From the NCBI GenBank assembly GCA_032718475.1, contig JAUCBJ010007777.1, positions 1 to 64,000 on the forward strand: DNA of 64,000 nt, read 5' to 3'. This document shows positions 32,986 through 47,634 of this stretch, piece after piece. Both the position numbers and the translations under genes were made by a program. Position 1 is the first letter of the stretch. Every line of letters begins with the position of its first letter. The notes below the pieces were generated by a model. That model had not been told where the DNA came from and searched no databases. It saw only the letters and a program-made list of their open reading frames with translations. This DNA comes from Nemertoderma westbladi (taxonomy: Eukaryota > Animalia > Xenacoelomorpha).

Positions 32986-34200
32986 TTTGAATATCCATCA
33001 GGTGTATTTCTTAGATCAGAAAATACATCAAATAAACTTAAAGATATTGTGATTGTTTTTACACATGATCCAATGTAATGATGTATGTATATACTATACA
33101 TGTTCATATAATGAACAATGGATATGGAATATTGAACAATCATACAATGGATATATTATGTTCCTGTGTTGGTTTCAAGTTGTGTCTAGAATATTTTTCA
33201 CATCTGCATCGAAGTTCCTGTAGCTGTCTAGGATTTAAGTTCGCCAGTTTGACATCACTTTTTTTGAGCTTATCTGACACTGCGTCAGGTTGTATCAGAT
33301 AGTTTTAGGGTGTAAATAAAACACTTGTTAATTGAATTTTTACATTCTCAAGGAATGCTATATAATAGGTCATAATATTTATTTTTGGCAAAATAGACTA
33401 TAACATTTTTGCACAAATGCTGCACATTAACTATAACATTTTTGTCATAACATTAACACACATTAATAACATTTACTCCGAATAATTCGAATAGTTTATA
33501 ATTACTAGTACGAAGAGCATATTCTTATATCCTACAGCCTGGCACTTCTGCTATCTCTACAAATAAATGCCATAGGCTATTTTCTACAACCATTTTGATC
33601 TCAGGAAGTGGGGGCTCTAGGGTGCAATCAAAATATATGGCGTAGTTGGAAAGTACAAAAGGAACAAACACTTTGAGAAAGTTGGAGGGGATAGGTCAAC
33701 CATTAAGTTAGAAACACAGGATGCATAACTAACGGAAACGGCTGCAGTATACGTAACAAAGGAAAGCGATATAATTGGCGTTAATGGCCTGACTTAAGAG
33801 CCATTTTCACGGCCGTGTTGTTCAATGCGTTTTTTGTGGGGGTAAGAAATCGTGCGGTAAAGATACTGATGGCTCTCAAATATTCGGCAAAAAAACACTG
33901 CAAAACAAATATTAACATAAAAATCAGGTGTACGTACGTACGCATACTGTACCAGTACCTATAATTATTATTGTCATCGAAATATTTCTCAAGCTTTCCA
34001 ATTTTTAACTCATGTTTCATAAGTCATGAAACAATAAACAATGATTATATTTGGATTGGCTACATGGTGGAAACCACGGCGTTTTTAAAGGTTGCCTTGG
34101 TCGAAACCCGTTAATTCATTATTTTCAAATGAAAACTTGGTATTCTTCACATGGGTACAGTAACGTGCTGCTACAGTCACAAAAACCACCCCAGAAAAAA

Positions 34201-34623
34201 CGGCACTAGTAAAGGAAAAGGGTCCCTACTTCGCCCTGTAGACAACCCCTGCCATTTTTTCACCATTCATTTTTTTAGTGTTTTCAATGTTTTTTTTGGT
34301 ATTGGTAAATGTTCTAGAAAATTAGTAGATATGTTAATTTATGGTAGCTAGTGTTTTTAATTAGCAAGTATTTATTGAAATTATAAAAAAATGTGAAATC
34401 ATTGATATTTCAGGTTTAATCTACAACAGATTAACCAACAGTTTACAGTTTATATTATATTTTTTTAAATTTCAAAAAATATTCGCTAGTAAAAAAAACA
34501 CTAAGCTACCATTAAAAAAACATATCTACGAATTTTCTAGAACATTCACCAATACCAAAAAAGCATTAAAAAATACTTATATTGGGACCATAATTTTGGG
34601 ACCCTTTTGTTTGACAAGTGCCG
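34201..34623. mobile_element. Foldback/MITE element with about 26-bp TIRs
   Basis: CGGCACTAGTAAAGGAAAAGGGTCCC ... GGGACCCTTTTGTTTGACAAGTGCCG, plus internal inverted arms. A related copy lies at about 48430-48800. Confidence 0.75.
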
Positions 34624-35426
34624 AAAAACAAAGTCCTATAAAAATTAACTGAAACTAAAGCAAAACGTACTAGAAATATCGTTTACTTCTAGTATACAGA
34701 CTTAAGATGTACAGTTGTTGTCAACATTTACAGCTAGCTAAAAAAAGCCAAAGGTAGCTTACCAGAAATAATAATAATTACTCCAATGTAAGTCTCCTAG
34801 GTAACAAACAAAAAGCGACAGGTGAGTAAAAACATTACTTACCCCGAATAGATAAGATAATATTGTTGAACCATTATAGTCCATTTTGGTGAAGAGGGAA
34901 ATTAATAAAGTTACTGTAAATCACTGAAAAAATACAATATGAGTGAGTTTCGAATTCACAGCAAGGTGTTAAATAAAACACAAAACAACATTGTCACTAT
35001 TTATAATGTTGGGTGGCGAATGCCAGGAAGTGGGCGTTTCAACAAATAATAAAAACAAACGGATATCTTGTTCTTGTATTCAATGTTAGTTACATGTTGT
35101 TTCCATAAACAAACCAAACGAATAGTCAATTACACAATATACTTCCGCTCAAACTCACTAATTATTAGTTTTAATAACATTAATATATTTTTAACCGCAA
35201 TCATATCTAATATAATTCACACGTTTTTTTTAAAAACGATAAGTTGCCGTTTGCCATACTTAATTGGCATCATAGAACTGTTGGGATGTGAGAAACCTAT
35301 AAAAATAGGGCGCGGCTAGCAATATAAGTTACAAATCATACATTCTACAAAACGCCATAGAAACCGGGCCATTGACCTAATGTCCTACGTCACTATAGGA
35401 AATTTGCCCACGGATGAAGAAATTTG

Positions 35427-36393
35427 CGCAACTTCACGAGGAAGACACCAGCTAGCCGGTTTATTGGTCGCAACTTCACGAGGAAGACACCAGCTAGCCG
35501 GTTTATTGGTCGCAACTTCACGAGGAAGACACCAGCTAGCCGGTTTATTGGTCGCAACTTCACGAGGAAGACACCAGCTAGCCGGTTTATTGGTCGCAAC
35601 TTCACGAGGAAGACACCAGCTAGCCGGTTTATTGGTCGCAACTTCACGAGGAAGACACCAGCTAGCCGGTTTATTGGTCGCAACTTCACGAGGAAGACAC
35701 CAGCTAGCCGGTTTATTGGTCGCAACTTCACGAGGAAGACACCAGCTAGCCGGTTTATTGGTCGCAACTTCACGAGGAAGACACCAGCTAGCCGGTTTAT
35801 TGGTCGCAACTTCACGAGGAAGACACCAGCTAGCCGGTTTATTGGTCGCAACTTCACGAGGAAGACACCAGCTAGCCGGTTTATTGGTCGCAACTTCACG
35901 AGGAAGACACCAGCTAGCTGGTTTATTGGTCGCAACTTCACGAGGAAGACACCAGCTAGCCGGTTTATTGGTCGCAACTTCACGAGGAAGACACCAGCTA
36001 GCCGGTTTATTGGTCGCAACTTCACGAGGAAGACACCAGCTAGCCGGTTTATTGGTCGCAACTTCACGAGGAAGACACCAGCTAGCCGGTTTATTGGTCG
36101 CAACTTCACGAGGAAGACACCAGCTAGCCGGTTTATTGGTCGCAACTTCACGAGGAAGACACCAGCTAGCCGGTTTATTGGTCGCAACTTCACGAGGAAG
36201 ACACCAGCTAGCCGGTTTATTGGTCGCAACTTCACGAGGAAGACACCAGCTAGCTGGTTTATTGGTCGCAACTTCACGAGGAAGACACCAGCTAGCCGGT
36301 TTATTGGTCGCAACTTCACGAGGAAGACACCAGCTAGCCGGTTTATTGGTCGCAACTTCACGAGGAAGACACCAGCTAGCTGGTGTATTGGTC
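35427..36393. repeat. Highly homogeneous 42-bp tandem repeat, about 23 copies
   Basis: Unit CGCAACTTCACGAGGAAGACACCAGCTAGCCGGTTTATTGGT, with only occasional C/T variants. Confidence 0.97.
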
Positions 36394-36492
36394 CTTCGTT
36401 TTGCTCCAAGCTGGGTAGTGCCGGGTATGATCCCATGCAGCGCGCCAATTAAATTTCGTTTATAATTAGTGGGTCAACTCAAGCCAGCGATA

Positions 36493-38866
36493 CACTGAAA
36501 AAAGTAACTACATCTCGTTTGAAAAAGTGCCACTATCAATTATTAGTGGTATTAATTAATTTTGAAAGTTGCGATTTTACTAAACTGCAATTTTTATCGA
36601 AATATGAAATTATTTATTTTTCCAAATTACAAAAACTCATTTTGTTAAATTTAATTAAATGTACTTCAAGACTATACCAGGTTATGTAAATTACTAAATA
36701 TATTAAAGTTCCACTTTTTTGAATTTCTGTAAAAAGGTGCGCTTTTAAACAAGGTTTATGTGTTGTAAAGTGGTACTTTAAGATAATAAATTAAAACATG
36801 TCCTTTTCTGTAAAAAGATGCGATTTTAAACAATTGATATGTGTTGTAAAGTGCTACTTGAATACAAAAAAAATTAAAAAAGTACCCTAATCAGTAAACA
36901 GTTACGATTTCAAACTTTTGACGCAAACGTGACGCATGAAAATGTGAATATTGTGTAAAAAGATACGATATGCTTTAAAGGAAACAAACCATATCTTAGG
37001 AGGATTGAAGAGCCTCTTTAAATTAAAATTCAATAACATGCACTTTTTAAACTTTTTGTAAAAAGTTACTGCTGGTACAGTTGTTGAGAAGTTGACCGGT
37101 AGGTATACAGAACCTGTATAGGTACATTTAGTTTCGATTTATTGTAAGTCAACATAACAGCTGTGCTAATTGTTCTATATGCTTTCATTGAATCATGCAT
37201 ACTTAGTGGTTATCAGATATATTGCATTATTTTATTAGTACCGGTAGGTGAGTCGGTGACTCGGTCATTCCTTGATGAACAAAAGTTTAGAAAGAATCTG
37301 AAGTTTGGTCAAAAATCAGACAGTCTGTCAGTCGCTACCGGTAGTTTAAGACTTTTTATAAAAACCAAAATAACTCAGTCAATCATTGATGAAATTAAAC
37401 CAAACTTAGCGAATCGCCTTCCGGAAATAAGCAGCTGAGAATCCCAGTAATTCAACTGGAAATAACCGCACAAGATGTAGCCAAGGATACTCCTGAATTT
37501 CGTCGAGCCGTTAGTCAATTTCTATCTGACTTCGAAAGTCGGAATATTTGCAATATTTATCAAATGGCGGAATCAGTGTGTTATGTGTATCCGGAGATGC
37601 AGATTAAACACCACCACCTTCACGATAAAATTGAATTTTTCCGTCATAAGTTATCCGTACACAAGGCGAACAAGTCTTACCGGCACAGGGGTGCCGCAGC
37701 CGATAGGCCTAGGGATACCACCGTTGATCCATCTAAGGCCTACAACAAGGGCGATGACAAAGAAAGTGTTACTACCGGTACCGATACCTCGGTAAAATCG
37801 ACTGCTGTGGTGGATCAAGTGTTGAGTAAGGCTGCAACTAAGAGATTTACTGGGTGCAAACGAATGAAAGTGAACGTGTTGACGGCTAAGAAATAAATTA
37901 AAAAACCAAGAAAGAAAACGGTTCTTATAGACCTACAGGAGGATCTGCGGAGTTCAGATGATCCCGAATCGGATAATTCCGATTCAACAACCGCTTCCAG
38001 TTCGAGCCTCGAGTCAGTGTCTATTTCGGAGTCAGATCTAGGAGATGCTGATTATATTACTGGAGGAAGAGGCGGCGCTCTCATTTGGGCGATAATGAGA
38101 AAAAAGGATATACCCTGGCCTGGTAAGGTTTCTGTTGCACCAGATGGAAATGGAACTGACCCTCCTCCGATGTTCATTGCATTATATGTCATCATGTCTT
38201 ATACCAGTTATTAAACTTTTATGGGGATAAACTTTGGGGTCAATATTCATCATACCTTAAACATATGACTTCATTTAATTTAAAGAAATGTACACTCATT
38301 ATTAAAAAGAATACAAGTTCCCCTTTGATAAGCAAACCAAACTAGTTCTTCTTTACAGTGAAAAGTACCTCTTTTTCACATACTAAGTAATATAAATTGA
38401 TCTTTAATATAGCGGGGAGTGGTATTTTTAAATAGAAAGTAGCACTTTAATTGGAAATCAAGTACCACTTTATATTTTAATAAGTGCTGCTTATTCTAAG
38501 AAGTGCATGTTTTAAATGATTATCCCACAAGTAAAGTACATATTACATTAAAAAAAGCTGAGCTTTATTCCTACTAATGACTATAAAAACGTAAATAATA
38601 TTCAGAAAAGTGTCGTTTTCTAAACAGAAAATCAGTACATACATATAAAAAAAAGTACCACTTTTTAGAGTAATTAAAAGTGATCTTTTCTGCTCCTTGA
38701 AAAAGTGCCATTTTTATATTGTAATAAAAAGTGACTCTTTTTGCTACTTAAAAAAGTGCCGGTTTTTCAAAAAAGCGTATCTCGTTTGAGTACTCAAAAC
38801 CAGATGCACTTTTTTTGGAAAATCGGCACTTTTTTATGAAAAAAGTACAACTTCGTTTTTTCAGTG
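36493..38866. mobile_element. Non-autonomous CACTA/EnSpm (CMC)-type DNA transposon
   Basis: Termini CACTGAAAAAA...TTTTTTCAGTG flanked by TA on both sides (2-bp TSD), many AAAAGTG/AAAAGTAC subterminal repeats, and broken internal ORFs at 37500-38200. Confidence 0.75.
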
Positions 38867-39869
38867 TATACAGTACGAACCTGGCCATTGCTGAGGAAGT
38901 AAAGAAAAGGATTGGAGATAAAGGTGTGTTCAACCTCGGGAGTTAATGTGGCACCTTCGGTGCCATACAGGCAGCAGCCAATAGAGAGGAATCTTCGTGT
39001 TGCCTCCGGAGTTGCGAGTTTCACGATCACCGATATCTTTACTGGTGCGTTGCCCAAAAGTTTTTACTTGTGGGGGTGTTGCTGCATCCATGAATTCTGC
39101 CTTTAAATTACTTATTTTACCAATTTTACCGTAAAAACTTTACTGTACCGACAGGTACACTAGCGCAATCCCGTTTATTGTATCAGACCAGAATCCAAAG
39201 GCCCTCAATGCATGGAATCTCTGCGTAGTTGCAAAAGAGTCAAAATATATGAAATTGAGATTGAAAGAACATGTTTTACTAAAAGCGCTAACAGGGGGTG
39301 CGGTGCGGTGTGGGGGGAGGAATTACACAAACATTTTCCCTTCTTGGAATGCATTCAGAATGGTGCACAAATAATAATGTGAAATATCATGCAAATATTC
39401 AGGTGAATATAGCCGTATTAATATCACCATATTGTAGGGTCAGAGTAAAACGCGGATCCGGATCAGGATTCTATCATTTAACATGTACGTGTAAATAGCA
39501 ACAACGTGTAAATTTTTAGTGTGGCCTGCCTTACAGAGATATGAAACTTCGGGTTGTCTCCGGGGGTTTGTGTCTGACACGTTCATCAAACAATTTACTT
39601 TTCATCTGTTAAACTTCAACTAAAAACTAGCGGCCGATCATGTGATCGATATTATATGTATTGCTCACAAGAAGAATGGATCATTAGTAATTGGTTTGAG
39701 TTATATATTTAAGGTGTATTTTAGCCGATCATCTAAAAAAATAGCTGGCCGATCATGTGATCGATATTATATGTATTGCTCACAAGAAGAATGTATCATT
39801 AGTAATTGGTTTGAGTTATCTATTTAAGGTGTAATTTATCAATCCCCCCACCCCCCAAATAATACTCAC

Positions 39870-40057
39870 GCAGCTCCGTAAAGAACCTTCTTCTTCGTTA
39901 GACATAGTGGACACGCTACTAATACTGGTTGCAGACTCTCTGTATAAGACAGACTCATCGAACTGGTTGATTGGTAGAAGTAATGGTGGAGGTGGACTTT
40001 CGGAACCACTCAATGTGCTACTGTTACTACTCACTGGAGAATTCATACTCTTTTCAT
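39870..40057 (-). other. Possible Ser/Pro-rich exon of an unidentified gene
   Basis: Open frame MNSPVSSNSSTLSGSESPPPP..SLRSC bounded by tttatag and gtgagt. No recognisable domain. Confidence 0.35.
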
Positions 40058-41799
40058 CTATAAATATATTAATTTAATTAATTTAGAAAGGACTGAAAAC
40101 TGAAAAATAGGAGCGATGCCTTAATTTTTTGTTGGGTTTGGAGGGTGTCTGGTGCACTGTGCGGTGGTACCACTTATTCTCATCTCTCACGATCCTGCAT
40201 CCGTACCAGTGATAAACACATCTCCCCTGTCAACATTTTTTATCAAAACGCTTCTAAAATTTTAACAGGCATTATTCAACCTATAGTGACCAACTGGAAA
40301 AAAAAAATTTTCCAATATATTGCTATTTCCGCTTCGCGCATCACGTTATAAACTCTAATTTTAAAATGTGCGACATTTCCTCAATTTTCATTAAAATTAT
40401 CTAAAATTCGATATAGAGGACTACACAACACTTAAATCATACGTACAATGCATGGTGAGTTGGATACAATGCACTAACGCACTTAACAAATGTGGCACCG
40501 CATACCGGTATATTTAAATTTCGTTGAAATATTGTGGCAAATTATTATGACAAATTATTGTGGCATATTATTGTCGAAACCCAATGCTACCCTGCGCCTG
40601 CAGTCACGGCAAACAAATTGCCCCCACCGGCACCGATACGACGACAAAAAATTGCCCCCACCGGTACGACGACAACAAAATTGCCCCCACCTACACGACG
40701 ACAAATTGCCAAAAAATATATAATAAAGATTAGATCTTTAGCCAGTTAGAGTATGTAGACAACTGTGGGAAGGGACACGAGATGTGAGACGCAGAGATGG
40801 GCTGTTAACAGGTGGGGATTGTTTATTATTAGTGTAATAAGAGTTTGTTTGTATCCATATATAGTTAAATTACGAGACACATGACATACATTGAATTTCC
40901 TAACTACAAATGTTATAAATAAAAACAATATGTTATACTTATAATATATGTTATTTGAAATAAGAACTATATATAAAGTACTATTTAATATTTTAACGCC
41001 ACATACTGTATGTTCAAAGTTTTAGTGCGAAAAGTAGAGCATTTTAAAATAAAGGTCAAGTGCAAAAATACGTTAAAATAAATGGAGTAGATTAAAATAG
41101 TAACATCATTAAAATTGAAACATTATAATAATGTACAAGGGTCTAGTGTGATAAATATGTTAAAACGGGTTGTATAAAATGATAACTGCTTGTATATAAC
41201 AGTGTGTAAAAATAATAAATAAAATGTAAGAGCAATATGTACGAAAGCGTGTGTTAAAATAAAATAGTCTGTTCTGGCACAAGTAGAATTTGAAAACAAT
41301 ATGCTCAAAGACGGGTGTTAAATTAGAAATGCATGGTAAAATTTATTGTAACAATATATAAGGCTAGAGTACGAAAAAATATATTATCGGTATACGTTTT
41401 GTTTAAAATACTGTGTTCGTTACAAAATTTATGTAACAATTATGTTATTTGAATAAATCGAATCAGTACAAGTGTAATTAAATTAAATAGGCTTATTATT
41501 ACTTCATTAATTGTATACTGTCATGCGGTGAAGATCTACATTATGCTATTGTCATGGAATGTTTATTTAAATTACTTATGACACCGGGGATAGCCTTTTG
41601 ATGCATAGCCTCATTTCCAAAAGGGTCCCCACAAGGATATTTCTTGGATGTTTAAGCATCAAGCAATAAATAAATAATAAAAATGAAGGCGGATATGAGA
41701 GTTTAAAATCAAATTCAAATTTAAACAGAAGAGGTACTGTAATTAAAACGTGAATGTGTTTTGGCCTCTTGAGTGTCAAACGAGATAAATATAGTGCCT

Positions 41800-43200
41800 T
41801 AACCCGATGTTTGAAGGTTTCGAGAGTCTCTGATTTGGTGACTGAGGCAGGAAGGTCATCCCATAAGCGAGGGCCTTTAGCGGAAAAGGAACTTAGTCCA
41901 TGAACTGAACGTTTAAATGGTACAATGGCCTTGACGTGAAGTCCATCTCTGTGCGAAACGCAATTTTCGCTAAAAGTTTATGTTCCACTTAGATACTTGG
42001 GTGATTGTGAGTACATGATTTTGTACATATTTGTCACGATCCCCTGATTCACCCTGTCCTCTACTGGTAACCAGTTTAATGTTACAAAGTGGTCTGACCC
42101 GATGTGCTGGCGATTGGTGGGATTTAGGCAGAACCTGACGTATTTGCGCAGAAAGTCTTTGAGACGAAATCGCCAGTTCTGTGTGATTGCGAAATACCAC
42201 GTAATCGAAATGTGGCTGCATGAGCGCGCTGCACAGCAGCCGTCTAAGGTGTTTATCGAGAACATCAGCATGCCTGTACAGAAACCGTAGTTTAGAATTC
42301 CCTTTTCTCTTTCTTTCACAGTTCTTGACAGCAATATCATAGTCACCAATAGAGACTCTTAGGTTATCGTTGACTTTTAGTCGCAGGTGGGTGCCAAATA
42401 TAATTGACACAGTGTTCCCTAAATGTAAACTAAGTTGATTATCTATGAGCCAGGTGGAGATGTTCTTCATATTCCTTGTCAGAATGTCTGAGATTACTGA
42501 AACTGATGAACCTCGGGTCATGACTCTCGTGTCGTCTGCTAACCTTGGGGTGGGGCAATCGGTTACCAAATCAATATCGTTGTTCTGACACAGAAAGAGA
42601 GGAGGTCCGAGTAATGATCCTTGAGGAAATCCATCTCTGGTCGAAGAATAGCAGTTGTCAATATATAAAAATTGTTTTCTATTCTTGTGGTATGAAGAAA
42701 ACCAGCTGAGCGCCACTGGATCAAATCCTAAATGTTTGAGTTTCATAAGATGATACCGTGGTCGATGGTATCGAATGCCATTCTTAAGTCTATTATTACC
42801 ATACCGGTCAATTCCATTGTTAATATCAGAACGTCATGTATATATGTGAGTAATGTTTGCGTAGAATACCCAAACCGGTACCGTACCCAGACTGCATATC
42901 CCGATATAGGCTATTAGATATCATATAAAACATCATTTGATCATTAAGTACGTGTTCTAGAACTTTGAAGAGATCATCCTGTCATTGACAGTAAAGCTAG
43001 TGGTCTATAATTCTCCACCATCAGCGTGGTTCGGTTGTTCCAATTTTGAAAGCTGGTATTAGCTTGGCTGTCTTGCTCGAATGCAGTCGGGAACAGGTTG
43101 ATTGAGAGGTTTATAATGTGTGTCATTGGTTTTGCAAGGATATTTGCCCCCTATTTTCGTAATAGAGCTGTGATAACATCCAGTCCGGGACATTTGTCGG
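41800..43200 (-). mobile_element. Degenerate non-LTR (CR1/L2/Crack-like) RT fragment
   Basis: SWFSSY..NRKQ..PQGSLLGPPLFL..LADDT..WLIDNQLSLHLG, with many frameshifts. Confidence 0.8.
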
Positions 43201-44074
43201 TGTCTGGGTGTGGTGGAGATTGTGTAAATTTTTTAATACATTTCCTTCATTAGTTGCTTCAAGTTTGCTTCAAGATAGGCTAACGATTAGCTGATTAGCC
43301 TACCTACTCGCTACTCCTACCGGTACTGTATTCTGGTGTCTGGTATTTAACTGCTGAACTATTTAATGATATCTGGATATCTGCTTCTGCTTCCGCGCAG
43401 TATTTGTAGATTTACAGATTTAGCTAACTACTGACTGACTGAACTAACAATAACCAGGGTGATAACATCTGTACATCGGCAATCACCAGCCAGTAGGTCT
43501 ACCCTACCCAGCTACCGGTCTGGTACCGACTTACCGATTGTTGAAACTGGTTGGCTAGGCTTGTTTACTTCACGAGAAATGTTTTTGGGAATAGAGGAAT
43601 CTTTCAAAGCGCTATCCATATCGGATCCGTGATGAAAGCAGACGAGGAAGGATCACTGGATCACCTTCCAATCTTCTGTAGGCCTGCCATCCCAAAAACA
43701 TGTACCGGTACTGGTACCGGTATTACCTGATTACAGTACGGCAGTATTATTAATCTAAATAATGCAGTTTACCAGTTTTGTCCTTGGTCCTACCACGTTC
43801 ATGATCCATCTTTCCAGTGTCCATGCATCACAGCATCAGCCTGTCAACATCATGCTTTACCAGTTTACAGCTTAAGTCTGTAAGTGAACTAATAATCCGG
43901 TAGTAGGCTACTGCTGTACTGTACAGTTTGCTGTTGTAATGCAGTACCGGTAGTGCATAACGTGCTGCTGCTGCTACTGCTGCACACCCTGTCGGCTATG
44001 CCTGTATGCTGCACAATCAGACACCTAATACTGTAATATGCTGTATACAGTACCTGTCAGCATGTATATATATA

Positions 44075-46750
44075 TTAATTCGCTCGGCCAATGGTTAAAA
44101 TTGCACAATATGCACAAATTAAAAATTACAAGTAGTATGAGGGAGAAGACCAACTAGGCTACAAACAGCACTTACAGGAGGCTCGAAAATATTGTACGCG
44201 AGGCGTTCAACACATAAATAAGGTTTTCCAAATTAAAAAGTATATTGAAGTAAAAAGAGTAAATAAATAATTTAAATAAAAACGTACCTAAAAGAAATTA
44301 CATAAATCTGTTAAAGTTGCACCATTTTAATAGGTCAAATTCACGTAATTTATTTGTAAAAGTTGCTAAGGTACGGGCCTCAACAATATTTACAGGTAAT
44401 GAATTCCATATGGGCACCACACGGTTTGAAAAAGAATACTTTGTTATTTGAAGTCTAGAGTAGTTTCAGTGCCGGATTAACCTTAAGGCATATAAGGCAC
44501 GTGCCTTAGGGCCAGCGGAAAATACGGGCCATTTATTCTCAGAGAGTAATTACTTTGAAAAAAAATATTTTTATCTGAAAAGTCCACATTTTTTCTCACT
44601 AAACTTTGTAGAGAACAGAGCAAGAAAGTGTATCTTTCGACTACTTTCTATCCCTAAATTTGTGATAGAAAGTGCAAAATTCTAGCTCAGTCGACCAACA
44701 GGTGCTGTGTTATTAGTTCGAGACCTGATGGCAGGAAAGTGCTAATTACTGAATTATGAACATTGGAAAATTTTACTTTATTTATTCGTGGGGAATTACT
44801 TGTAGTTATGCTCTTAAACTTTCTAGAACAACCAAATAATAACGTGGTGACATGGAAATACTGTACATAGTAAATGTATGGCGTGGAGATATGGTAGTGC
44901 GAAATTCATTTTATTTACCAGAAATGAGTTTTATAAATATAGGCCCTAATAGATTAAAAAAAGGATCAATTAGTTGTAGATAAAATAGTTGTTGATTAAA
45001 AAAAACGTGTCAGAAATAACTTCTTGTCACAAATTTAATTTAACCGAAATTCAGATGTTCTGCCCTCGTCTATTGAATTTTGCATTCGATGGAATTTTAG
45101 GTGCAATTCGTCGTTAGCATTTGTCATTGAAACCTTAATTAAAATTGAATAATTTAATATTGAAAGATATAAAACCCACAAAACCCAGAGTTCATCATTT
45201 TCAACCAGAAATTTGACCACTAGTGTTCAAAGTTCCTGTCGCTATAATAGCTGATTTTCATAATGTCGGTTGTTTTTAGCAGCTTTTTTTTTGAAAGGGT
45301 CTGCGGAAAAAGATCAATTTTCGGGCCATTTTTGGAAATTACTAAAATGTGCCTTAGGGCCACCAGAGGCTTAATCCGGCACTGAGTAGTTTGTAAACAG
45401 TTTATGGCTGTGACCTCTAAGTCCAGAGCGTGGATCAATTTTAAAGAAACAGTCAAAATCAAGATCGACCAACTGTCTTTCAATTGAATATACCATCTTC
45501 AGATCAAAGATTAATCGTCGGACTTCTAGAGGTTGCAGCTTGAGGTACTCTGAACGTTGCAAGTAACTAGTATTGTGATTACCTAGATGACATCGGGCAA
45601 AAAGTCTTCTTGTGAAGTACCTTTGCACCCGTTCAATGAGGTCAATGCTACCTTTCTGGAACGGAGACCAGATCGGCGTACAATATTCCAGCAAAGGTCT
45701 GACATACGATTTGTATGCAGTTAACAGAGCTTTCTGGTTGGATGTATAAAAACAACGAAAAATCATATTAATTATTTTAAAAGATTTCACGGCTTGTTCT
45801 CGGCAATATTTATCGAACTTGAGATCCGAACAAACTGTATTACCATTTAAAAAATAACTAGTTTTACTATTATTTGCACCAATATATATTTACTGTACAT
45901 TTATGGGCAGCAACCTTTAATTGCCACTCACTAGCCCACCACTCAAGAGACTCAAGAGCCGTCACTAGTAAGTGGCTATCAACGGTTGGTGCATACAATT
46001 TAACATCGTCGGCAAAGAGTTTACTTTTGCAAGTTCCTAGTACCTCCGGTAAATCATTGATAAAAAGTACAAATAATATAGGTCCTAACACGCTCCCCTG
46101 GATAGTTCCAGAACGGACTGAGCACACATCTGAAAAATAATTACCAACAAGTACTCGTTGGGTTCTGTTCGATAAAAAAGCCGTTAGCCAAGCTAAAAGA
46201 TCACCAGTGATACCATAACTAGATAATTTACAAATAAGCTTAGAATGCACCACAGAATCAAACGCCTTTACAAAATCTATGTAAATTATATCAATATTGT
46301 TCCGTTTATCTACTAAATTGTACCATTGTGTTACACATTCCAACAACTGAGTACAGGTTGACCTACGTTTTAAAAATCCGTGTTGTGCCCCTGTAATTAT
46401 TTTATTAGTTAGTAAGTACTCGGTAAGTTCCAGCTTAATGCATGCTTCCATGATTTTGCATGTTACACAAGTAAGGGAAACTGGTCTATAATTGCACGGG
46501 TCGGATGGGTCACCCTTTTTAAATATTGGTATTATGTTGGCTGTTAACCAAATCGAAGGCAGAGCATGTGTTTCGAATGAAACTATAAATAATGCAGCCA
46601 GTGGCGTTGCAAGGCAACGAGCTAGCTTCACAAATAAGATACTGGGTAACCCATCAGGTGTACGCCCAGTTTTACATGGTAAACGCCGTAAAATAGAAAA
46701 CACCTTAGGTGCACTAAAATCCACCGTCGATTTATTTACATTAGTAGGGA
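44075..46750 (-). mobile_element. 5'-truncated CR1-clade LINE (RT and C-terminus) interrupted by a hAT element
   Basis: NYRPVSLT..QHGF..DFVKAFD..QGSVLGP..FADD; YVRPLLEY..IERVQRYFTRR; HSHKLF, continuing after the insertion as SFSNRVVPIWNSLP (hand translation at about 44430). Confidence 0.9.
44467..45384. mobile_element. Non-autonomous hAT DNA transposon (918 bp)
   Basis: TIRs CAGTGCCGGATTAA / TTAATCCGGCACTG with a perfect 8-bp TSD AGTAGTTT (44459-44466 and 45385-45392). Confidence 0.9.
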
Positions 46751-47634
46751 CCTTGCGAGAAAATCAAGTCTCTAAGAAAGTGTTTAGACCTTACACGGAC
46801 AAGTTTAAGAAGTAGAGACATAAGACTAGAACCTACGTTGGTAACCATGCAGCCATGGGGTAACGATGTGGGGCGAGACACGTATGGCGAGCCATCAGCG
46901 AACTGATATAATTACACTAGGGCAGTTTTTCAAAAATCTGTGTGTGTGTGTGTCGGAAGCCATAAATGTCGGAAGCCATAATCGAAGTTAATATCTTCAG
47001 CTAAATTGTATGGTTGAGTCATTTTGAACGGTCTCTCCATGGAAATTAATTGTTTAGCACCATACGATTAAAGTTATTTTGCACAGAAATTAGATATCTG
47101 GAATCCATATGTACCCCATTCCATTATAGTTTTTTATTTTTTCAAGTGATTTGCGTTAATAAATATATTTTTAATAACATATAATAATAATTGATTTAAA
47201 CATAATTAACATTGTAAATTCATACGCTGATTCCATCCTCCCCCATAGAGCCTAAGGCACGGCAAGGGCAGCCGTGCCCAATAATATTTCTTGAAGTATT
47301 ACATTAGTAACATTGCAAGCTAAAGTCTTTGACCAAGCCAGTGCCTAGGTTAGTACATACTGTATAAGGACATAGTAGTCCAGTAGAAGGAATAGTGCTC
47401 CTTCAATACATCTCAACAGACATTAATTCATTTGCCTGTGCCTACCAACGCGTGTTCCTTAACATAACATATATTCTTGATTTCCATCACCTCTCACCAC
47501 AATTATTATTAGTAATTAAAAGTTTCAATTCGGTTTGTCTTTCCGTTATCTGGTTATTCAGTTATTGCATTATTAATAAATAAATGTTTTAAAATATATC
47601 TTACGAAATATGGTTAATCATTAAAACTTGTCGC

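Larger units (their letters stand above)
35190..39150 (+). pseudogene. Fossil ORF, possibly a Polinton/Maverick major capsid protein, disrupted by a 42-bp expansion and a CACTA insertion
   Basis: Pieces ISNIIHTFF, LPYLIGIIELL, FYKTP and VASGVASFTITDIFTGALPKS recall Polinton MCP motifs (from memory). The frame is continuous across the transposon once it is removed. Confidence 0.35.

Noticed and set aside
35380-36465. 340-360-aa repeat proteins in three frames
   Set aside because: They arise because the 42-bp unit lacks stops in those frames. There is no independent evidence of a functional gene.
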